This document shows, piece after piece, positions 49,919-59,392 of a stretch of DNA of 64,000 nt; within the stretch, counting starts at the first letter, position 1, and each line of letters starts with the position of its first letter. The stretch comes from Actinomycetes bacterium (GTDB lineage: Bacteria; Actinomycetota; Thermoleophilia; RBG-16-64-13). Both the position numbers and the translations under genes were made by a program. The DNA lies in contig JAGXFW010000022.1 of assembly GCA_024637035.1 (NCBI GenBank), positions 76,408-140,407 on the forward strand, in the 5' to 3' direction. The notes beneath the pieces were generated by a model that was given only the letters and a program-made list of their open reading frames with translations, searched no databases and was not told where the DNA came from.

Positions 49919-50994
49919 TCCGCATTCCCCCCTTTGTCGCCCTCGGGCGCTTGTGGAAACCCGGTCTCACCCGCCGCCGGAGGACCCGCCTCGAAGTTGA
50001 CGCGCCCCACGAAGAACTCCGGGTCGGGCTCCCGTGGCTCGATGCCCACCATCCGATAGGCCATCTTCGCCCCCATCATCTGGTGCATGAAGAGACGGCC
50101 GGCGCTGCGCGGCAATCCTCCGTTCCCACCGACGCACCATTGGTAGTACTTGAACATCGCCCAGGGATAGAAGCCCTGCATGATGCCCATGATGTGCTGC
50201 CCAAACAGCCCGTACAGCGGCTGGATGCGCCAGTAGATGTCGACAGCCGCCTGGTAGTCCCCAGCCAGGAGCAGGTTGAACATGTCGACGACGTACGGCC
50301 GTTCCGGCGACTGCAGCATCTCGTAGCACGAAGCTCCGATCCACTGCTGGTCCATCCTGAGGACGGTGATCGGAGCCCAGTCCGACATGGTCACGTTCAC
50401 CAGGGCGTGCTCGGCGCAACGGGCGAAGCACTCGGCGATGAACACGGGATCACCGCTCCCGATCTTGACTCCCACCACGTTCGGGATCTTGGCTATCCGT
50501 TCCATTAGAAGCGGCGGGAAGCCGCTCGGGTGGAACCGCTGGAAGGCGAGGTTGCTTGTCGCGTAGAGCACGATGCCGATATCGGCGAGCCCGCACATGT
50601 CGCGCGTGACATCGTAGACCTCTTCCTCGCTCCGGGGCATGAATCCGGTCGGATAACCGAGCAGCGCAGTGTGGGCGCCCGCCTTGGCGGCGTGAGTGAG
50701 TAGTTCGTAGTTCTCGGCCAGAGAGTCGCGGAAGAGGGTGGTGGAAACGAGCAGGTCGTCCCCAGCCTCGTCCACCGCGATCTCCACGAATCGCTTCGCC
50801 TCCGCCATGGATAGATGCTGCTCCGCCGCGCACAACGTGGACGCGAACCCGTGTGCTTTCGCCTGCCGCACGTCCCAACGGATGCCGGCCTCGTCGAGCG
50901 CCGACATGTCATTCGTGAAGGACGGCAGGGTCAGGTTCTCCACCCCCCGCAGATGCTGCCGCGCCCAACCCTTGAGATCGCTCGACACACCCAT
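49915..50994 (-). CDS. second DHDPS/NAL-superfamily hydratase-aldolase-like paralog
   Basis: PSFT..LDEAGIRWDV, VLYATS, VVGVKIG, YQWCVGGNGG shared with 46727-47941. Confidence 0.8.
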   Translation of the reverse strand: MGVSSDLKGWARQHLRGVENLTLPSFTNDMSALDEAGIRWDVRQAKAHGFASTLCAAEQHLSMAEAKRFVEIAVDEAGDDLLVSTTLFRDSLAENYELLTHAAKAGAHTALLGYPTGFMPRSEEEVYDVTRDMCGLADIGIVLYATSNLAFQRFHPSGFPPLLMERIAKIPNVVGVKIGSGDPVFIAECFARCAEHALVNVTMSDWAPITVLRMDQQWIGASCYEMLQSPERPYVVDMFNLLLAGDYQAAVDIYWRIQPLYGLFGQHIMGIMQGFYPWAMFKYYQWCVGGNGGLPRSAGRLFMHQMMGAKMAYRMVGIEPREPDPEFFVGRVNFEAGPPAAGETGFPQAPEGDKGGNAE

Positions 50995-51023
50995 CACCCC
51001 CCTCTGGGTCCTCAGGCAATCAA

Positions 51024-51150
51024 GTTGATAACTCAACCATGGATTGCTCAACGATAGGCGGTCAACGGGCCGCCGTCAAGCCCTTCTTGACCTTGACAAC
51101 CGCATACGCATGGTGCTATTAGTTGAGAACACAACGGTTGATGCTTCAAC
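51024..51150. promoter_or_regulatory. divergent promoter region with four GTTGA-N4-TCAAC operator-like palindromes
   Basis: Sites at 51024-51037, 51039-51052, 51122-51135, 51137-51150; TTGACA at 51093. Confidence 0.7.
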
Positions 51151-51213
51151 CGGTAGAAGATGTGTCGGGGCCGGCGAACGTCGGGGGACGAGGCTCCGAG
51201 ACAGGGGGGATCG

Positions 51214-52095
51214 ATGTCTGCGAATCTGTGGTTCCAATCGTTGCTGGACGGCCTGACATCGGGAGCCGTGTACGGTCTGATCGGCCTGGGCTTCGTGACC
51301 ATCTTCCGCACGTCGACCGTGGTGAACATGGCGCAAGGGGCCTTCGTGATGCTCGGCGCCCTGCTCTGCTACACGTTCCTCGTGGACTGGCATCTCCCGT
51401 ACTGGGGGGCCGGTGTGCTGGCCGTGGCCGCGGTAGTGATCGTAAGCCTGGTTCTGTACAAACTGTTGATCGCGCCTCTCATCACGATCTCACCGGTCAC
51501 CGTGGTGCTGGCCACGATCGGAGCGAGTCTGCTGCTCGAGAACATCGGTCTTCTCTTGTGGGGCGGCTACGCCAAAGCGCTCCCGCCGTTCTCGGGTGAT
51601 TCGCCGCTTCGTCTCGGGGGGACCGTCTTCATACAGCCCCAGTACCTGTGGGTACTTGGCTTGACCGCGGTGATGGTCGTCGTTCTGCACCTTCTCGGGA
51701 ATCGATCCCGCATCGGCAAGCAGATGACGGCCTGCGCCGACGATCCCGTGGCCGCCGGCCTAAGCGGGATCCACCCGGGCCGCATGACTCTGCTGGCGTT
51801 TGCGATCAGCGCTGTTGTCGGCGCCCTCGGCGGAATCAGCATCGCCTCGGTCTCGCCCATCTCCTACGTGTCGGGTGGGATGCTCGGTCTCAATGGGTTC
51901 GTCGCCGCGATCCTTGGGGGATGGGGCTCCAGCGCCGGAGCGATCGTCGGCGGTCTGACTCTCGGGATCGTAGAGGCGATGGCCTTCATGCTGCTGCCAG
52001 GAGGGTACAAGAGCGCCGTCGCCTTCGTGGTGCTTCTGCTGATTCTGTACTTCCGGCCTTCGGGCATCCTTGCCTCGCCTTTGACGGACGCGTGA
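51214..52095 (+). CDS. branched-chain amino acid-type ABC permease (LivH-like)
   Basis: GAVYGLIGLG, NMAQG, FVAAILGG. Confidence 0.9.
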   Translation: MSANLWFQSLLDGLTSGAVYGLIGLGFVTIFRTSTVVNMAQGAFVMLGALLCYTFLVDWHLPYWGAGVLAVAAVVIVSLVLYKLLIAPLITISPVTVVLATIGASLLLENIGLLLWGGYAKALPPFSGDSPLRLGGTVFIQPQYLWVLGLTAVMVVVLHLLGNRSRIGKQMTACADDPVAAGLSGIHPGRMTLLAFAISAVVGALGGISIASVSPISYVSGGMLGLNGFVAAILGGWGSSAGAIVGGLTLGIVEAMAFMLLPGGYKSAVAFVVLLLILYFRPSGILASPLTDA

Positions 52096-54863
52096 CCGTG
52101 TCGAGCACGGCAGCCACCGAGAAGCGGCTGGAGGTCTTCGATCGCGTCCGGTGGGCGCTCGTCGCGCGGCCGGTGGCACTCAAGTTCGCCCTCGTCGCCG
52201 TGCTCGTCCTGTGGCCTCTCGCCTATTCTTCCCTGTATGGGCTCAGCGTGATGACGACGGCTGGGCTCTACGTGCTCGTGGTGGTCAGTGTGCACGTGAT
52301 CCTTGGGGAAGCCGGCCAGCTCTCCTTCGGCCACGCGACCTTCTACGGTATCGGGGCCTACTCGGTGGGAGTGCTGGCGGTGAAGTACGGCGTGCCTACG
52401 TTGCTCTGCCTGGTCGCGGGAGCACTCATTGCTTCCTTGGCTGCGCTTGTCGTGGGCCGGCCCGTGCTTCGTCTGAAGTACTTCTACCTAGCTCTCGCTA
52501 CCATCGGCCTAGGCCAGATCTTCGCCGTGGTTGTGAGCCAGACCCCTTCACTCACGGGCGGAGCGATGGGCCTGGCGCCTATCCCCGACCTACGTATCTT
52601 GGGATACGCCTTCGAGGGCTACGAGAGTCGTTACTACCTCGTATGGGTCTTTGCCCTGCTGGTGCTGCTCTTCACGGAGAAGGTACTGAAGTCGCGCGTG
52701 GGGCGTTCCTTCAGGGCTGTCGCGACCAGTGAGACCGCCGCGGCCACTTTGGGCGTTCGGACCGCGAATTGGAAGCTACTGGCGTTCGTGCTGAGCGCCG
52801 CGTATGCGGGGCTTGCCGGCGGGCTGTTCGCCTTCGTCACCGGGGCGATCAGCCCGGCCTCCTTTTCGTTCAACGCAGCCCTGCTGCCGGTGATCATGAT
52901 GTTGGTGGGAGGTCGCAGTCTGTGGGGGGGAGTACTGGGAGCGATCTTGATGACGTGGCTGCTGAACGGGCTGTCGGGAGCCCAACAGTATTCGGGTCTG
53001 GTATACACGATCGTCCTTCTCTTGCTTCTCCTCTTCTTGCCTGCGGGCGTATCGGGAGGGTTGCGGCACGAACACCGCTCCTGGTTGCGCGCGCGGCTCG
53101 GGCTCTCTCGCGCGGCGGTCTCCGGTGTGCCTTCGCCAGGTGGCCCGGCCTCCGAGGCGGGTTCGCCCGCAGCCGGCAGTGCGCTTGTACCCGCGACCGG
53201 GGCCGTTGTGGGTCCCATGCGCCCCCCCTTGAGTGCGATTCCACAGGCGGCAACCGCAGTTGCGAGGAAGCGGAACGGATCGTCTGTTTCTCCTCTGCTC
53301 GAGATCCGAGGCGTCTCTGTGGACTTCGGTGGCCTCCGGGCCGTCAACGATGTCTCCTTGGTCGTCGTCGAGGGCAGCATCACTGCCATCATCGGCCCCA
53401 ACGGAGCGGGAAAGACAACGCTCTTCAACGTCATTACCCGCCTTCAACGCCCGACGACGGGGGACATCGTATTCGGCGGACAGTCCATCACCGGCGAGTC
53501 GGCGGCCGCGGCGGCCCGCCTTGGGATGGCGCGCACCTTCCAGAACCTGCGGATCTTCCCGAACATGACGGTCCTCGAAAACGTGTTGGTCGGCTGTCAC
53601 CGTCACGAGAGATCAGGGATCTTCGCCGCGGGGCTGGGACTCCCGAGCCAGCGAAGAGAGGAGCGACGTTCGCAGGAGCGGGCGCAGGAAGCGTTGGCCC
53701 TCATGGGCCTGGAAGAGCATGCCCATCTCCCTGCCGCCGCTCTGCCCTATGGTCGGCAGCGTCTTGTCGAGATCGCACGGGCGCTCGCCTCTCAACCCCG
53801 TCTGCTCCTTCTGGACGAACCGGCCGCTGGGATGAACGGGGCCGAACGGTCCGCGCTCGTCGAGCGCATAGCCGCCATCCGCGAGGAAGGGGTCACCGTT
53901 CTCCTGGTGGAGCACGATATTGAGTTAGTGATGGGCCTCTCCGATGCTGTGGTTGTGCTCGATCACGGGAGTCTGATCGGACAAGGGGCGCCTGAGCAGG
54001 TGCGCGCGGATCCAGCGGTCATCGAGGCCTACCTGGGCGTGCGTCGCGCTGAGGGGCACGACCGGACCCCACCGAGGGCGGTCCGTCCGGATGCGCACAG
54101 GCCCGACGGCTCCTCCGCTCCGTCGCCGCTCCTCGTCGTGGGGGACGTCCGCACGGCCTACGGTCCCATCGAGGCGTTGCACGGCGTATCTCTGGAAGTG
54201 CCGGAGGGTCAGATCGTTGCCGTTCTCGGGGCGAACGGCGCCGGAAAGAGCACGCTCCTCTACACCATATCGGGAGCGCTGAAGCCGACCGCGGGCAGGA
54301 TCGAGTTCGCCGGACAGGACGTGACGGGCCTTTCGGCACCCTCTGTCGCGAGCCTGGGGATCCGCCAGGTGCCGGAGGGGAGGAGGATCTTCACCTCTTT
54401 GAACGTGGAAGACAACCTGCTGATGGGTGCATCCGGTCGACCCGACCGGGCGGGATACGAGGACGATCTGGCGTTCATCTACGACCTCTTCCCGATCCTG
54501 GCCGAGCGCCGATCTCAGCCGGCCCGCACGCTGTCCGGCGGTCAGCAACAGATGCTTGCGATCGGCCGGGCCCTGGCCGGTGGGCCGCGCCTGCTGCTTC
54601 TGGACGAGCCCTCGCTGGGCCTTGCCCCACGCTTGGTGGAGCATATCTTCGAATCGCTCGTGAAGCTGAACGACCGGGGACTCACCATGCTCATGGTGGA
54701 GCAGAACGCGGAACTGGCGCTCTCGGTGGCCCACCACGCCGTCGTGTTGCAGACCGGCACTGTGGCACTGGCCGGGCCGGCGGCAGCGCTCCGAAGGGAC
54801 GATCGCGTGCGCGAGTGCTACCTGGGTCAGGTGGCGGAGCGCCCGCTGTCAGTCAGTAGATGA
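52092..54863 (+). CDS. fused LivM permease + LivG + LivF ATPases
   Basis: GQLSFGH permease; GPNGAGKTT...LPYG...DEPAAG; GANGAGKST...LSGGQQ...DEPSLG, all in one frame. Confidence 0.88.
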   Translation: MTVSSTAATEKRLEVFDRVRWALVARPVALKFALVAVLVLWPLAYSSLYGLSVMTTAGLYVLVVVSVHVILGEAGQLSFGHATFYGIGAYSVGVLAVKYGVPTLLCLVAGALIASLAALVVGRPVLRLKYFYLALATIGLGQIFAVVVSQTPSLTGGAMGLAPIPDLRILGYAFEGYESRYYLVWVFALLVLLFTEKVLKSRVGRSFRAVATSETAAATLGVRTANWKLLAFVLSAAYAGLAGGLFAFVTGAISPASFSFNAALLPVIMMLVGGRSLWGGVLGAILMTWLLNGLSGAQQYSGLVYTIVLLLLLLFLPAGVSGGLRHEHRSWLRARLGLSRAAVSGVPSPGGPASEAGSPAAGSALVPATGAVVGPMRPPLSAIPQAATAVARKRNGSSVSPLLEIRGVSVDFGGLRAVNDVSLVVVEGSITAIIGPNGAGKTTLFNVITRLQRPTTGDIVFGGQSITGESAAAAARLGMARTFQNLRIFPNMTVLENVLVGCHRHERSGIFAAGLGLPSQRREERRSQERAQEALALMGLEEHAHLPAAALPYGRQRLVEIARALASQPRLLLLDEPAAGMNGAERSALVERIAAIREEGVTVLLVEHDIELVMGLSDAVVVLDHGSLIGQGAPEQVRADPAVIEAYLGVRRAEGHDRTPPRAVRPDAHRPDGSSAPSPLLVVGDVRTAYGPIEALHGVSLEVPEGQIVAVLGANGAGKSTLLYTISGALKPTAGRIEFAGQDVTGLSAPSVASLGIRQVPEGRRIFTSLNVEDNLLMGASGRPDRAGYEDDLAFIYDLFPILAERRSQPARTLSGGQQQMLAIGRALAGGPRLLLLDEPSLGLAPRLVEHIFESLVKLNDRGLTMLMVEQNAELALSVAHHAVVLQTGTVALAGPAAALRRDDRVRECYLGQVAERPLSVSR

Positions 54864-54888
54864 TCATACACACCACAAGGGGGACATC

Positions 54889-56178
54889 ATGAGAGCAGGC
54901 AGGAGAAGACAAGGCCGGTGGGTCGTGCTGATCGCGGGCGTGCTCGCGGTGGCGCTGGGGGTCGCCGTACTCCTGGCGGGATGCGGCGGCACTGAAACGA
55001 CGACCACCACCACACCGCCGGCCACGGGGTCGGAGACCACCACCACTCCGACCACGAGCACGGAGCCGACGGCAGACGCACCTACGATCAAGATCGGGCA
55101 CCTCGACTCCATCAGCGGACCCGGAGCTGCAGCCGCGAGTTCGATCGTCGACGGCCTGGATCTGGCGGTGGAGAAGATCAACGCCGCCGGTGGCATCAAC
55201 GGGAGCATGCTCGAGATCGTGACCGTCGACGACGGCAGCGACATGGGCAAAGCCGCCGCCGGGGCCACCAAGCTGGTGGAGCAGGACAAGGTCACCGCCA
55301 TTCTGGGTCCGTTCGTGCCGCCCTTCGGCATGGCGGTGCGGCAGATCACGGAGAAGGCCGAGGTGCCGAATCTCATGTTCATTTCGGCGATGCCCGACGA
55401 TCTTGCCCAGCCTGGTGCGTGGACCTTCCACACCATCCAGACCTTCGATGCGAACGCAGCGGCGCTGCTCGGCATCGTAAGGGCTCACGGCTTCAAGAAG
55501 GTGGCGGCCGTGAGTGACCAGGTGCCCGTGCACGTGTTATCTCTCCAAATGCTGAAGGAAGAGGCTGCCAAAGAAGGCATCGAAGTGACGATCCTTCCCG
55601 ACACGTGGGAAGCCTCCGATCCGAACATGAACATGGGGCCTATCTCCAACAAGATAGCGGCCTCCACGAAGAGCGCCGATCCGGAAGCCCTGCTGCTTCA
55701 GGCGACCGCGCTGCAGGTCGGACAGGTGATGAAGAACCTGCAGACGCAGGGGATCACCGTCCCGATCATCGGTAGCCCGGCGGCGGCCCATCCGGTCCTC
55801 TTCGCCATGGGCCCCGAACAGGTGGAGGGTCTCATCGTGCCGGGCCCGGGGATGCTCGACGCGCACGCGCTGCCGGATGACTATCCCGGCAAGGACGTTC
55901 TCGTCGACTACTTCGACAGTTTCACGGCCAAGTTCGGACATCCCCCCGATTTCATGAGTGGGTACGGCTATGACGGCTTGTATCTGATCGCCGAGGGTCT
56001 GAAGACATCGGGCGACGACCGCGCCAAACTGCGAGACGCCATCGAGGGGATCAAGGGATTCAACGGTGTGCTCGGTCCTTTCAGCTTCTCGGCCACAGAC
56101 CACGTGGGCGTCCACGGCGGGTTCGTCGAGTGGAAGGTCGAAGGCGGGCGGTTCGTCTTCGTGAGGACGCTTGACTAG
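54889..56178 (+). CDS. ABC substrate-binding lipoprotein (Leu/Ile/Val-binding fold)
   Basis: Lipobox LAGC, Thr-rich linker, INAAGGING, GYDG. Confidence 0.88.
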   Translation: MRAGRRRQGRWVVLIAGVLAVALGVAVLLAGCGGTETTTTTTPPATGSETTTTPTTSTEPTADAPTIKIGHLDSISGPGAAAASSIVDGLDLAVEKINAAGGINGSMLEIVTVDDGSDMGKAAAGATKLVEQDKVTAILGPFVPPFGMAVRQITEKAEVPNLMFISAMPDDLAQPGAWTFHTIQTFDANAAALLGIVRAHGFKKVAAVSDQVPVHVLSLQMLKEEAAKEGIEVTILPDTWEASDPNMNMGPISNKIAASTKSADPEALLLQATALQVGQVMKNLQTQGITVPIIGSPAAAHPVLFAMGPEQVEGLIVPGPGMLDAHALPDDYPGKDVLVDYFDSFTAKFGHPPDFMSGYGYDGLYLIAEGLKTSGDDRAKLRDAIEGIKGFNGVLGPFSFSATDHVGVHGGFVEWKVEGGRFVFVRTLD

Positions 56179-56221
56179 TCCGAAGAGTCGCGTGGGCCAG
56201 AGCGACATACGAGGGAGATGC

Positions 56222-56908
56222 ATGGGAACCACACACGCAGGGATCGTGGAAGAGAAGCTCTCGAGGCGGGTGCGTTCGCGCACCCGCCTGGGCATCCTCT
56301 GGCTGCTCGCCTCGGGCGTCCTGTCCGTCGTGGGGCTCCAACTCCGGGGTCCCATCGTCGACCAGAAGGTCGATCCCGAAGGGTTCGTCGACGGCGCGCT
56401 CTCATCGAGGCAACCGTGGGCGTGGGCGTTGTTGCTCACCAGCCTGGTGGTGCAGCCCTTCGGCTGGTTCGCCCTGTGGGGCTTCGTCCGGGAAACGCGG
56501 GAGGAACGAGCTGGGTTCTGGGGAACGATCCTGAGCACGGCCGGCAACGGCTTCTTCTTGCCCACCGCCGGCGTGATCGCCTTCACTTCGCCGGCGGTGG
56601 GCCGTCTCTACCGCTCGGGGATCCCGTCGGCTCTCAACATCGCCGACGACGGCATCACCGGCCGCTTGAGCCGGCCGTTTCTCATGGGATCGGCGGCGTT
56701 GCTCATGGTGGGATCATGCCTTCACGGCGTGGTCCTCTGGCGTTCGCCCAAGCTTCCTCGTTGGACCGCCGTTCCCTACGTCTGGCACGCGTTGGCTCTG
56801 ACGTTCGTGGCTCCGCGCTCGTACAGAGCTGAGCGCTCGGGCGGTCTCGCTCTACTGGTCACCAGTTTCGCGATCACACGTAGCGTGTGGAGGAGACCCG
56901 CTGTCTGA
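56222..56908 (+). CDS. hypothetical membrane protein
   Basis: Several hydrophobic helices; GGGAG RBS. Confidence 0.6.
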   Translation: MGTTHAGIVEEKLSRRVRSRTRLGILWLLASGVLSVVGLQLRGPIVDQKVDPEGFVDGALSSRQPWAWALLLTSLVVQPFGWFALWGFVRETREERAGFWGTILSTAGNGFFLPTAGVIAFTSPAVGRLYRSGIPSALNIADDGITGRLSRPFLMGSAALLMVGSCLHGVVLWRSPKLPRWTAVPYVWHALALTFVAPRSYRAERSGGLALLVTSFAITRSVWRRPAV

Positions 56909-57071
56909 GATGGCGTCGCGGCCCGCCTCGGGGTCGGCGACGAGGCGGGCGAGGCCACGATCGCCGGTGTATGCTCTCGCGCGCGGCGGAACACGTTGTT
57001 TTTCGGTCGCGGACGGGTAGCATGTGAAGCAGTCGGTGATCGGCGGAACGCTCAGTCGAGAATCGAGAGAA

Positions 57072-57656
57072 ATGACCACCACGCTGCAACCCTCAAACAT
57101 GCCCGACTCGTCCCGCGGTGGTGCGCCGACCGGCGGCTCGCGAACGGTTCTCAAGTGGGTGCTGGTGGCGCTGGCGGTGGTGGTCATTGCGGCGATCGTG
57201 TTCGGCGCAGCGGGCGTAGCCTTCTTCGTCGTCAGTCGGGGTGAGGATTCTTCGTCTGGGCCCATTACCGTCGAATCCGCCGAGAGCACCACCGAAACGA
57301 CCACGCTGGATTCGTCGGCGACCGGCGGCGGATCGGTCGCCTTGGTTGCCGCCCACCTGGTTGCGTTCGGCGATGCCTGGGAAGCAGGCGATTGGGCGCG
57401 ATTGGAAACCCTGGCGAGCGCCGATGCCGTTACGGTAGCCCGTGAGTGGTACACCGAGGGCGACCAGGTGAACGTCGACTCAGCCAACGTCGACTCGATT
57501 CTGGACGCCGGTTCGTGGAGTGACGGCCACGCGAGTTGTGATCTGCTGTACTACCCAGCGCAAGGGGGGAATGCGCTGATCTTCCAAGTGACGATCGCCT
57601 ACACCGATGCCGAAGCCCGGGTCACCGACCTGACTTTCGCCGGCGACGCCGGCTGA
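57072..57656 (+). CDS. hypothetical membrane-anchored protein
   Basis: N-terminal TM helix, S/T linker, small acidic domain. Confidence 0.65.
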   Translation: MTTTLQPSNMPDSSRGGAPTGGSRTVLKWVLVALAVVVIAAIVFGAAGVAFFVVSRGEDSSSGPITVESAESTTETTTLDSSATGGGSVALVAAHLVAFGDAWEAGDWARLETLASADAVTVAREWYTEGDQVNVDSANVDSILDAGSWSDGHASCDLLYYPAQGGNALIFQVTIAYTDAEARVTDLTFAGDAG

Positions 57657-57751
57657 TTCTGATCACCGGGCGCTCGTGGCCGGCCTCCGAGAGAACGCCG
57701 GCCGTCCCTCGTCGAGACGACCGGCTATCTGGAGGACGCGCGTCGGGCTCC

Positions 57752-58590
57752 CTAGCCCTTCAAGGGTGCGAACAGCTGCGTTTGCCAGCGGGCGGGATCC
57801 TTCTCGCTCTCGGGGTCGGTGAGGTAGGTCTCCCAACAGACCAGTTCGCCCGGCTCGTGCCCGTGCTCTTGGACCCAGCCCATGATCGCGGCCCAGGCCG
57901 TCTCGAGACCGTCGTAGGGGCCCACATGAATCGTCGTGGCCACAGTGCCGCCTGGTAGTTCGGCGTTGTGCACCGAAGGCGGGGCCGGGTCTCCCGGCCA
58001 TGGCTCGTCATCGATGGGCGCCACAAGGGGCACGCCGATCTCAAGGTCCACGGAGTCCTCGTCGAAGCTGTGGTAGACGGCCAGCGGGGGTCCGGCCGGG
58101 ATGCCGCCCACCTGGCCCACGTGCGAGAACACCCGTCCGAAAGCCTCGCCCATGACAGAGCTGATGTCGGTAGGTGGGGGATCTTGTAGCGTACCGCGGC
58201 GATCGGTTGGGGGGCCATCTCCTGGAGCTTCACCTCGTACGGCATGACGTCCTCCTCTCCTCGGATGTACCGTTCCGGAAGGGCCAGGGAGCGCTCGTAT
58301 CCGGCGATCCTGTCGCGTAGTCGGGCGCTGTGCGTCTCGAGCCTGACGCCCGCCTGAGTCCGATCCCGCTCGGCCAACAGAGCGGCGATCTCGTCGAGAG
58401 GCATGTCGAGGGTGCGCATCGTGCGCACGGCCACCGCATCACGGGGCTGCGACAGGTGGTAGTAGCGGTAGGCCGAGTCGGGGTCGACCCAGGCCGGCTT
58501 CAGCAGCCCGAGCTCGTCGTAGTGACGAAGCGCCTTGACGCTCAATCGGCAGACCCTACCGAATCGCCCGATGGGTACCAGATTCTCCAC
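57752..58590 (-). pseudogene. MerR-family regulator with GyrI-like effector domain (BmrR-like), frameshift near 58176-58180 (possible sequencing error)
   Basis: LSVKALRHYDELGLLKP..YRYY N-part; ATTIHVGPYD...ETYLTDP C-part in another frame; one extra base in the C5 run joins them. Confidence 0.8.
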
Positions 58591-58632
58591 GCCGATGTGC
58601 TCCTGACCTCCGCGGCTCCTTCTGTCTCCCCA

Positions 58633-58663
58633 AGCGTAGACTCTCCCCTGGGGGGAGAGTCAA
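58633..58663 (-). promoter_or_regulatory. MerR-type promoter with 19-bp spacer and dyad
   Basis: TTGACT-19 nt-TACGCT with dyad GACTCTCCCC/GGGGAGAGTC. Confidence 0.8.
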
Positions 58664-58683
58664 GCGCAGTCGAGGATTCGGTA

Positions 58684-58708
58684 GCCGGGCGCCACACGGG
58701 CGCCCGGC
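58684..58708. terminator. GC-rich hairpin after hypothetical gene
   Basis: GCCGGGCGCC-N5-GGCGCCCGGC. Confidence 0.5.
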
Positions 58709-58718
58709 CCGGGGGGGT

Positions 58719-59201
58719 CTATTGGGCCTGGGTCATGTTGGAGACGGTGAGCACCGTACCGTCGACGGTCCCCGCGAGTTGGCTGGATTTCTCGCTCCAG
58801 GAGATGCCGCCTGTCTGTTGAAGCCCCGTGAGTTGCACGGGATCGATGCCCCGCACTTCGAGCGACCGGGCGAGGTCGATGGACGGCGGATAGGATTCAG
58901 CCAGCGCCTCGGTGAAGTAGACGGTCCCGTCGGCGGCAACGTACAAGAACCCGTTGATCAGAAGCGGCCCCTCGAGGGTCGACGCAAGGGCGTCCGGCAC
59001 CGAGATGCCCGGACCGCTGCCCGTGACGACTGCGTTCCCGTTGTCCGAGGCTGGAGGGGCGGGGTCTCGTGGCCACGCGGCCCACGCCGCCCCGGCGATG
59101 AGCCCCGCCGCGAGCACGGCCGCCAGTAGCGCGAATGTGGTCTTCCTCGTAGGCATTCGATGCGCGGTGTCTGGTAGTGCTTCATGTGCGTGCGATGTCA
59201 T
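58719..59201 (-). CDS. hypothetical secreted/membrane-anchored protein
   Basis: Hydrophobic N-terminus, EALAESYPP motif; AGGAGG RBS. Confidence 0.65.
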   Translation of the reverse strand: MTSHAHEALPDTAHRMPTRKTTFALLAAVLAAGLIAGAAWAAWPRDPAPPASDNGNAVVTGSGPGISVPDALASTLEGPLLINGFLYVAADGTVYFTEALAESYPPSIDLARSLEVRGIDPVQLTGLQQTGGISWSEKSSQLAGTVDGTVLTVSNMTQAQ

Positions 59202-59392
59202 GGTGAGTCCTCCTGGTGTCCATGTTCTTCTGGCAATTCTGACGCCCCGGTCACCGTGTCGGTTCCGGGGCGGCATGGTCAGCCACTCAGGTTGGGTCTG
59301 CTACCATGTTGGTTCACGGAACGACGCCGCCGCGCAGGCCGCCCCTAGCGGCGACATGCGGCGCGTGCGAAGCAGTACGGGAGGGACTCAGC

